A DNA stretch of 43,220 nucleotides. Origin: an uncultured Candidatus Saccharibacteria bacterium (lineage in GTDB: Bacteria; Patescibacteriota; Minisyncoccia; Phycocordibacterales; CAYZPE01). Below are positions 1 through 7,059 of this stretch, piece after piece (position 1 is the first letter of the stretch; each line of letters starts with the position of its first letter). A model generated the notes under the pieces. That model saw only the letters and a program-made list of their open reading frames with translations, searched no databases and was not told the DNA's origin. The stretch covers positions 1 through 43,220 of the forward strand of contig CAZVFV010000001.1 in assembly GCA_964626625.1 (NCBI GenBank). Direction: 5' to 3'. A program made the translations under genes and the position numbers.

Positions 1-187
<187 letters not shown>

Positions 188-320
188 TTATTAAAATGTC
201 TATATTACATACCTTTTTACACACCGTCAGATTAGATTTAAATTCAAGCTAAATGAATTTCTAACGGAACAGGTGCTAAAAGACAGATACACATTCTAAC
301 AAAAAAATGGTTAATTTAGC

Positions 321-351
321 AAAACAGCGCGACCATTGGTCGCGCTGTTTT
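321..351 (-). terminator. GC-rich hairpin downstream of the 380..979 gene
   Basis: The arms aaaacagcgcgacc and ggtcgcgctgtttt form a near-perfect stem, immediately 3' of the minus-strand ORF that ends at 380. Confidence 0.6.
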
Positions 352-379
352 GAAAGCTACATGTTCTATGTTACATGTT

Positions 380-979
380 TCAAGTTTTAACTTCTGAAGT
401 TTGAGCTACGTCGCCTTCATCTTTCACAATCCTTACTTGCTGATGTTGCTCAGCAACCTTATGATGCTGATTAAAGATCACCTTCTTAGCAACTTCTGGA
501 TATGCTGCGTGTCGAATAAAAAATCCTTTACTGTCTTCAGAAGCAGTTTGAACATGAATATCACCAAAATCAAAAAAGGTTGCAACAATACCCTTGACCT
601 CAACAGAAACATCTTGAATTTTATCGAAACGAATATTTGAAATTTGACGATGAAAAATTCCTTTTTGATCAATGTCGATAATACGCTTATTTGTCACATA
701 CCATACATCGAGATAATAATTCGTCCATTGAACAAAAAACAAGACCCAAAGTAACAAGACCCAAAGAGTGTAGACAAAAAGAGCAAGAAAGAGAGCTGAG
801 TTTTCTAATACAAAATGTAACTGTTCTGGCAAAAGAGAGCTGTTCCAAATGCCGTACGCAAGAGGGGGAAATATAACACCTCCGATAAAAGCAAGGATTG
901 CTGACAAAAACACAAACCAGTGTTTACGTACTTCAAGTAGTATCTTTTCTCCTTGATCAAGGTTTAATACTTCTGCCAT
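380..979 (-). CDS. Membrane protein with a bacterial PH (YdbS/YdbT-like, bPH_2) domain
   Basis: 199 aa. Two N-terminal hydrophobic helices are followed by WYVTNKRIIDIDQKGIFHRQISNIRFDKIQDV, typical of membrane-anchored bacterial PH domains. Confidence 0.7.
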   Translation of the reverse strand: MAEVLNLDQGEKILLEVRKHWFVFLSAILAFIGGVIFPPLAYGIWNSSLLPEQLHFVLENSALFLALFVYTLWVLLLWVLFFVQWTNYYLDVWYVTNKRIIDIDQKGIFHRQISNIRFDKIQDVSVEVKGIVATFFDFGDIHVQTASEDSKGFFIRHAAYPEVAKKVIFNQHHKVAEQHQQVRIVKDEGDVAQTSEVKT

Positions 980-985
980 ACAATA

Positions 986-1237
986 TTAAATAAGAATAAT
1001 AAATATAATCGCAAGAACAAATAAAGAAATAGAAATTGTAAAATAAAATACTTCTGCCTTAAGAATTAGACGACTACCCATACCATATGTTCTCCAGTGA
1101 TATGCCAAAACTGCACTTACAATAGCGTATATAAAAAATACAAAGCCGAGCACATACCACAAAGCTTTTGGATTCTGAACAAAAGCAACGAGATTATTTG
1201 GATTGAAAAAGTTACTTATAGATTGAAGAAAATCCAT
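986..1237 (-). CDS. Small integral membrane protein, function unknown
   Basis: 83 aa with two clear hydrophobic helices. It is co-oriented with the 380..979 gene and only 6 nt upstream of it. Confidence 0.5.
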   Translation of the reverse strand: MDFLQSISNFFNPNNLVAFVQNPKALWYVLGFVFFIYAIVSAVLAYHWRTYGMGSRLILKAEVFYFTISISLFVLAIIFIILI

Positions 1238-1262
1238 ATATTAAGTATATCAATAAAAATCA

Positions 1263-1300
1263 AAATCCCCACAGGCTCGCATGCGAGCCTGTGGGGATTT
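1263..1300 (-). terminator. Intrinsic terminator of the 64-aa ORF
   Basis: Perfect 18-bp palindrome aaatccccacaggctcgc/gcgagcctgtggggattt, followed on the minus strand by ttttgattttt. It begins 3 nt after the TGA stop at 1303-1305. Confidence 0.75.
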
Positions 1301-1302
1301 CT

Positions 1303-1497
1303 TCACCCTGCATTTCCTACCGACAGATTGATCTGATTGAGCTTACTCAATACCAACCTTTTTTGCACAAGAGGAGTGTTTCGATTCCTCAATACCTCCT
1401 CAATGAGACATTTGGTCAAAACACACCCCATAAGATCTTCTGCTGCTCTTTCTATCAATGAATCAGAAACTGCCTCCTGAATAGTAATCTGTCCCAT
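1303..1497 (-). CDS. Hypothetical 64-aa protein in a self-contained transcription unit
   Basis: The ORF has its own TTGACT-17-TACTAT promoter, an AAAGGA SD-like element 7 nt before the ATG, and a perfect terminator. No family was recognised. Confidence 0.55.
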   Translation of the reverse strand: MGQITIQEAVSDSLIERAAEDLMGCVLTKCLIEEVLRNRNTPLVQKRLVLSKLNQINLSVGNAG

Positions 1498-1548
1498 AAA
1501 CCCATCCTTTCACAAAAGGTGCAATCAAGAATTGAAAACCTATTTTCA

Positions 1549-1577
1549 ATAGTAGGACATTTTTAAAGTAAAGTCAA
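1549..1577 (-). promoter_or_regulatory. Sigma-70-type promoter for the 64-aa ORF
   Basis: On the minus strand, TTGACT (1577-1572), a 17-nt spacer, then TACTAT (1554-1549). The 5' UTR contains the hairpin attgaaaa-tagg-ttttcaat. Confidence 0.5.
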
Positions 1578-1632
1578 TTTACTAATCCATACCCTACATA
1601 TGAAGTTTGCCTAAGTCTAATATTAGCAAATC

Positions 1633-2388
1633 CTACTTAAAGACAGTCTGACTATCCTTAATGTTAAAATCTCCGATAGAAACCCTCTTTATGCGCAAAG
1701 CTAAAGCGTGTGTTTGTAGCTTCTTTGCTATGCGTTGTACCAAAGACCTTATATATGTACCACTTGAACAAGAGACCTTGAGAGAAGAAATGCTGTAGTT
1801 AATGTTCTCAATCAAAACACTCTCCCACTGCTTGATAATTTCCACCTGTCTAAAATCACCCTTCACTTTTTTAAGTGAATTAACAATATCTTCTTTTAAA
1901 AGACCTCCTTGGATATTTACATCTTGTGTATGCTCTAGTTTAAAAATCTCTATTTCCTTTGTGGGAATATTAATTGTATTTAACACACCTTCTCGTGCCC
2001 ACATAAAAAGAGGCTTACCTAAAACAGTTTTTGATGAGTATGGTGGATATTCCTGAGTGTACTTACCAACAAAAGAAGATACTGCACCTGAAACACCTTT
2101 CGGTAACTCTACAGAAGTGATATATGTAATCAAACCTAGTGCGTCATAGGTATCTGTTTCAAAACCCCATAGTACTTCAAATTCATATACCTTAGGAAGT
2201 TTAGTAAACTCATCTTTTTTGTATACATCTTCTCCAGTAAGAATAATGAGTAGGCCTTCTGCCATAGGATCAAGCCTTCCTGCATAGGTAACAGAAACAT
2301 CTTTGTACGAAGAATTGCTTTGTATAAAACGCTCCACACATTCGAGTGGCGTTTCCCCTCTTTGTTTGTATAAAGATATAACACTCAT
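1633..2388 (-). CDS. truB: tRNA pseudouridine synthase, TruB family
   Basis: 251 aa. It carries the catalytic-Asp motif AGRLDPMAEGLL and has TruB-like N-terminal architecture. Confidence 0.85.
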   Translation of the reverse strand: MSVISLYKQRGETPLECVERFIQSNSSYKDVSVTYAGRLDPMAEGLLIILTGEDVYKKDEFTKLPKVYEFEVLWGFETDTYDALGLITYITSVELPKGVSGAVSSFVGKYTQEYPPYSSKTVLGKPLFMWAREGVLNTINIPTKEIEIFKLEHTQDVNIQGGLLKEDIVNSLKKVKGDFRQVEIIKQWESVLIENINYSISSLKVSCSSGTYIRSLVQRIAKKLQTHALALRIKRVSIGDFNIKDSQTVFK

Positions 2389-2429
2389 TCCTTGTTCAAA
2401 ACCCTCTGTTTCGATACAATGTCATAATC

Positions 2430-3734
2430 ATGACCAAAAAACAAATGGTTTCTAAAAAACTCTCCACTGAAAGCTATAAAGGTGTTCGTGACTTCTTTCC
2501 AGAAGAAATGCGACTCCAAAAACACATCTTTTCTGTTATGAGAGAATCTGTAGAGCTCTATGGATACGAAGAGTACAATGCTTCGATTTTAGAGCCAGCA
2601 GAACTCTATGAAGCAAAAAGTGGAGAAGAAATCGTAAAAGAACAAACTTATACCTTTACTGATCGAGGTGGTAGAAAAGTAACTCTACGACCTGAAATGA
2701 CACCGACCGTCGCCCGCATGATTGCATCACGAAGCAAAAGTATGCCACTTCCTGCTCGCTGGTATTCAATACCAAACCTTTTTAGATACGAACAACCACA
2801 AAAAGGAAGACTTCGTGAACACTTTCAATTAAATGTTGATTTGTTTGGAGTAAAAGACATATCAGGTGATATTGAAATTATTTCACTTGCTCATTTTCTT
2901 ATGCAAGCATATGGCGCGAAGCAAAGTGACTATGTTATAAAAATCAATAACAGAAAAATTACCGAAAGTCTTTATAAGCACTATGGAATTGCTGAAGAAG
3001 AAGCCTACAAACTTTCAAAACTTATAGATAAGAAAAACAAAATAAGTGCAGATACTTTTGATACAGGACTTGAACTACTTGTACCCAAAAAGGCGTCTGA
3101 ATTTAAAGCTGTTCTTTCTTCGAATAAAGTTGTTATCGAAACTTTAGGAGAAGACAACGAAGGTGTAATTGAACTCCTCCAAACAATAGAAGGCTTAAAG
3201 AAACTTGGTATTGAAAATGTTATCTTCGACCAAACACTTATGCGTGGCTTTGACTACTATACAGGAATTGTTTTTGAAATTTTTGACACTCACCCAGACA
3301 ATATGAGATCACTTTTTGGTGGAGGACGTTATGATGATTTAATAGATCTTTTTGGTGGAAAAGATATGCCTGCAGTCGGTTTTGGCACAGGAGATGTAAC
3401 CATAAAAGATTTTCTAGAAATACACAATTTACTTCCGAACCTAGAAAAGAAAGCTGATGTCTATATAGTACGACCAGACAAAACTTCTATTATTGAATCT
3501 ATGAAAATTGCAGATGGCTTAAGACTTGCCGGACTTGAAGTGCTCGTAGATCTTGGAACTAAAAAAGTTGCCGACCAAATTAAACAAGCAGAAAAGTCTG
3601 GCGCATCGTTTGTACTTTTTATTGGAGAAGAAGAACTCAAAACTAATATCTTTACCCTTAAACACCTCGCCTCAAAAGAAGAAATTAAAAAAAGCATTAC
3701 TGACATACAAACACTTCTCTTAGAGAAAAAATAA
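2430..3734 (+). CDS. hisS: Histidine--tRNA ligase
   Basis: 434 aa with GVRDFFPEE, class II aaRS motifs (RPEMTPTVAR, YRYEQPQKGRLREHFQ, GGGRYD) and a C-terminal anticodon-binding domain. Confidence 0.93.
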   Translation: MTKKQMVSKKLSTESYKGVRDFFPEEMRLQKHIFSVMRESVELYGYEEYNASILEPAELYEAKSGEEIVKEQTYTFTDRGGRKVTLRPEMTPTVARMIASRSKSMPLPARWYSIPNLFRYEQPQKGRLREHFQLNVDLFGVKDISGDIEIISLAHFLMQAYGAKQSDYVIKINNRKITESLYKHYGIAEEEAYKLSKLIDKKNKISADTFDTGLELLVPKKASEFKAVLSSNKVVIETLGEDNEGVIELLQTIEGLKKLGIENVIFDQTLMRGFDYYTGIVFEIFDTHPDNMRSLFGGGRYDDLIDLFGGKDMPAVGFGTGDVTIKDFLEIHNLLPNLEKKADVYIVRPDKTSIIESMKIADGLRLAGLEVLVDLGTKKVADQIKQAEKSGASFVLFIGEEELKTNIFTLKHLASKEEIKKSITDIQTLLLEKK

Positions 3735-3752
3735 AAAACACCACCCCACTAC

Positions 3753-4328
3753 ATGAAAAAAATTGTTTTTGACATTGAAACTAAAAATACGTTCCAAGAA
3801 GTTGGTTCGACAGAATCAACAGCCCTCGATATTTCGCTCGTTGGGATTTATGAATCAGAAAAAGATTTATACTCTTCATTTCTTGAAGATGAATTAAATA
3901 AATTGTGGCCAATCTTAGAATCTGCAGACATGATTATTGGTTACAATTCAGAACACTTCGACTTGCCTCTCCTCAACAAGTATTATCACGGAGACCTTTC
4001 TCATATTAAACACGTAGATATTTTGAAAGAAATTAAAAATTCTATCGGTAGACGTATGCGACTCGATCAAGTTGCAGAAGGTACACTTGGACTTAAAAAG
4101 TCAGGACACGGTCTTCAAGCAATCACGTGGTGGAGACAAGGTGAAATAGAAAAAATTCGTAAATACTGTCTTGATGATGTAAGACTTACCAAAGATCTTT
4201 ATGAATATGCACTCAAAAATAAAGCTCTTAAATTCAAAGAAGGACCTTCTATTATCGATATCAAACTAGACACAGCAAACTGGGAGAAAGCTGAAGAAAG
4301 TGGACTAACATTTTCACTACCTTTTTAA
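3753..4328 (+). CDS. DEDD-type 3'-5' exonuclease (RNase H-like fold)
   Basis: 191 aa with an Exo I motif FDIET, Exo II YNSEHFDLPLL and Exo III YCLDDVRLT. Confidence 0.7.
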   Translation: MKKIVFDIETKNTFQEVGSTESTALDISLVGIYESEKDLYSSFLEDELNKLWPILESADMIIGYNSEHFDLPLLNKYYHGDLSHIKHVDILKEIKNSIGRRMRLDQVAEGTLGLKKSGHGLQAITWWRQGEIEKIRKYCLDDVRLTKDLYEYALKNKALKFKEGPSIIDIKLDTANWEKAEESGLTFSLPF

Positions 4329-4331
4329 TTT

Positions 4332-5132
4332 TTATAAAAATATCAGTATCAATACCGCGAGAATAACTCGGTACCAAATAAATAATTTTAAAGTTCTATT
4401 TTTTAAGAAAATCACAAGAAAATGTATAGCAAGCAATCCTACTGCAAAAGCAGTTATACCTCCCGCGAGCACTGGGAGAAAAGATACTCCACTTGCTGTT
4501 CCTAAACTAAACAGACCCTTAAGAGCAGCTCCAAAAATAATCGGTACCGAAAGAAGAAAACTAAAACGAACTGCTTTATCACGAGAAAGCCCTACTAACA
4601 TACCTCCAGAAATTGTTGCGCCAGATCGAGACATACCTGGAATTAAAGCAAGTGACTGAAATAAGCCAATATAAAGAGATTTTTTATAAGAAGGAAAGGT
4701 GTCACTTATTTCCTGCTTTTTATACATGTACTCGGCAATATACATTAAAACAGAACCGAGAATAAGAGCGAAAGCAATCATTGTTGAAGACCTAAAGGTA
4801 TTTTCAAAGAAACCAGAAAATAAAAAGCCTAGTATCACAGCAGGCATAGTTGCAAGAGTTATCATTGCAACAAACTCCTGCTCTGCCCTAACAGCCTTCC
4901 GTCTCACAACTCTATAAGTTGATGTGACGAGAGCTTTTACATCAGACCAAAAATATACAAGTACTGCACACAGTGTTCCCACATGAAGAAAAATATCAAA
5001 AAGAAGCGTACCTGTTATGTTTATTCCAAGAAAATCTCTGACGATGACCAAATGCCCCGAAGAAGAAACTGGAATAAATTCAGAAATACCCTGAACAAAT
5101 CCTAATACAATACTAGAAAATAATTCGTTCAT
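4332..5132 (-). CDS. uppP: Undecaprenyl-diphosphate phosphatase
   Basis: 266 aa polytopic membrane protein with the BacA/UppP signatures EFIPVSSSGHL and PGMSRSGATI. Confidence 0.92.
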   Translation of the reverse strand: MNELFSSIVLGFVQGISEFIPVSSSGHLVIVRDFLGINITGTLLFDIFLHVGTLCAVLVYFWSDVKALVTSTYRVVRRKAVRAEQEFVAMITLATMPAVILGFLFSGFFENTFRSSTMIAFALILGSVLMYIAEYMYKKQEISDTFPSYKKSLYIGLFQSLALIPGMSRSGATISGGMLVGLSRDKAVRFSFLLSVPIIFGAALKGLFSLGTASGVSFLPVLAGGITAFAVGLLAIHFLVIFLKNRTLKLFIWYRVILAVLILIFL

Positions 5133-5138
5133 ATAATT

Positions 5139-5897
5139 TTATTCAAAAAACACCAAAGAAAACATTAGGAAAACTCCAAGTATAATAGCTACAAACTGAA
5201 TAAGTGAGTGTTTAAAACTTGGAAATTTATGTAACTCAGGAACAAGGTCACTTCCAGCAATATAAATAAATCCACCTGCTGTAAATGCAAGCATTATATT
5301 TGCAAAATTATCAACAGATCCAGAAAGAAGAAAAGCAATTCCTACACCAACAAAAGCAGAAAGTGCTGAAAGAAAATTATAAAAAAGTGCCTTACCTCGA
5401 CTAAGACCTGAATGCACCAACACACCAAAATTACCTACTTCTTGAGGAATTTCATGAAAAATAACAGCGAGAGTGGTAGCTACCCCAACTGGAATACTTA
5501 TCATATATGAAGCAGTAATAAGCATGCCATCAATCAGGTTATGAATACCGTCTCCAAATATAACCATAGACCGAAGTGTTTGATGTTGAACTTCTGGATG
5601 ATGATGACATTCGTCCGACTCACCATGAGAATGACGCCAATGTAAAAATTTTTCAAAAACAAAAAACATGAGTATTCCTGCGAGGATCAAAAACGAAGCA
5701 ACCTGAGGGTCAAGAACAGTAAAAACTTCTGGAATAATATGAATAAAAACATCTCCAAATAAAACACCCACAGAAAGACTTACGAGAACAAATACAATTC
5801 GAGATAGAAAACGAGTAGAAAAAACAAGTGTCAAAACACCAACAAGTGAGATAAGACTCACTATAAGTACACTTATAAGAGAATACAAAATAGCCAT
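5139..5897 (-). CDS. ZIP-family divalent metal (zinc) transporter
   Basis: 252 aa polytopic membrane protein with a His-rich loop (HSHGESDECHHH) and the ZIP signature HEIPQEVGNFGVL. Confidence 0.85.
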   Translation of the reverse strand: MAILYSLISVLIVSLISLVGVLTLVFSTRFLSRIVFVLVSLSVGVLFGDVFIHIIPEVFTVLDPQVASFLILAGILMFFVFEKFLHWRHSHGESDECHHHPEVQHQTLRSMVIFGDGIHNLIDGMLITASYMISIPVGVATTLAVIFHEIPQEVGNFGVLVHSGLSRGKALFYNFLSALSAFVGVGIAFLLSGSVDNFANIMLAFTAGGFIYIAGSDLVPELHKFPSFKHSLIQFVAIILGVFLMFSLVFFE

Positions 5898-6029
5898 GGA
5901 ATAACGCTACCATAAAAACAGGCTATTTTATAGCGTAGAAAGCAACACAATCCCTAAAAAACAAGTATATACAGGAGTCTCTATTTTTCCTATAATACAA
6001 AGACTTTTTATTTAATTAATAAATCTTTT

Positions 6030-6815
6030 ATGGAACAACAATCAAACAAACTCGCTCTCCCGATCGCAATTCTTATCGCTGGCGGACTCATAGCATTTTC
6101 TGTTTTTGCCACTCGAAATAAAACAGAGGTGCCTAACCTACAACAGAATGAGGGTTCAGAAATAGGAGTAGTTGATTTAAGAACAATTGACTCAACAGAT
6201 CATATTTTAGGAAGTCCAAATGCTCCAATTATTTTTGTTGAGTATTCTGATACTGAGTGTCCATTCTGTAAACTTTTCCATGAAACAATGAATAAACTTA
6301 CTGACACATACGGAAAAGATGGAAGTGTCGCTTGGGTCTATAGAAACTTTCCTATTGTCCAACTTCATGCAAAAGCTCCCAAAGAAGCCGAAGCACTTGA
6401 GTGTGCAGCAGAACTTGGTGGAAATACAGCATTCTGGAAATACACAAATAGAATTTATTCAGTAACCCCAGCAAATGACGGACTTGATCCAAGTGAGTTA
6501 CCAAAAATAGCAGAGTTTGTAGGGCTAGATAAAACAGCATTTACTACTTGTCTTTCAAGTGGAAGGTACACTTCAAAAGTAGCAAGTAGCGTCGAAGAAG
6601 CAGTAAAAGCAGGAGCTCGTGGCACACCCTACAGTGTAATTGTACTTAAAAACAAAGCTGGAGCAGAAGTTAAGTCTTTTCTTGAAAGTGCAACGATACA
6701 ACTTAGACTTCCTCCTGGAACACTTGGACTTTCAAGTGATGGTAAGAAAATCGTCGTAAGTGGTAACATGCCTTATGAACTTCTAGAGCAGTTAGTTGAT
6801 TTGTTGAAGAAATAA
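6030..6815 (+). CDS. DsbA-family thiol:disulfide oxidoreductase, membrane-anchored
   Basis: 261 aa with an N-terminal TM helix and the thioredoxin-fold active site CPFC in YSDTECPFCKLFH. Confidence 0.8.
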   Translation: MEQQSNKLALPIAILIAGGLIAFSVFATRNKTEVPNLQQNEGSEIGVVDLRTIDSTDHILGSPNAPIIFVEYSDTECPFCKLFHETMNKLTDTYGKDGSVAWVYRNFPIVQLHAKAPKEAEALECAAELGGNTAFWKYTNRIYSVTPANDGLDPSELPKIAEFVGLDKTAFTTCLSSGRYTSKVASSVEEAVKAGARGTPYSVIVLKNKAGAEVKSFLESATIQLRLPPGTLGLSSDGKKIVVSGNMPYELLEQLVDLLKK

Positions 6816-6818
6816 ACT

Positions 6819-6846
6819 AGCTGTTAGGTTTTAGCTTTTAGATAGA
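6819..6846 (+). repeat. Phased heptamer array: agctgtt aggtttt agctttt agataga
   Basis: 7-nt periodic AGCT-led units lie directly after the dsbA-like stop and abut the terminator stem. The same family occurs at 22210, 28304 and 35467. Confidence 0.5.
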
Positions 6847-6878
6847 GCTCCGGTTCGCTTTGCGAACCGGAGCTCTAT
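6842..6878. terminator. 17-bp hairpin between the convergent dsbA-like and helicase genes
   Basis: atagagctccggttcgc-ttt-gcgaaccggagctctat forms a perfect stem. There is no clear U-tract on either strand. Confidence 0.65.
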
Positions 6879-6893
6879 TGGTAAAACTTAAAT

Positions 6894-6998
6894 TTACCCT
6901 CCTACTTGGAAGTAATACTTCCGAGTAGTAAAGTTTTACCTCGTCCTATTCTCGTTGCACGCAGACGAGGTATTAGGCGAGGTAACGGGGAAAACTTT
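6894..6998. ncRNA. Candidate structured RNA motif, copy 1 (strand unresolved)
   Basis: The leader ttaccctcct and a variable hairpin precede a 69-nt core (6930-6998). The core is about 85% identical to 21031-21098 and has the nested stems aaagtttt/aaaacttt and acctcgtc/gacgaggt. Confidence 0.45.
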
Positions 6999-7033
6999 AT
7001 AGAATGTCCAACATTTGGTGTTGGACATTCTAT
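6999..7033 (-). terminator. 15-bp hairpin 3' of the helicase gene
   Basis: atagaatgtccaaca-tttgg-tgttggacattctat forms a perfect stem, 27 nt downstream of the helicase stop at 7060. Confidence 0.5.
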
Positions 7034-7059
7034 GTATTACAGATTACATGCTACCTGTT

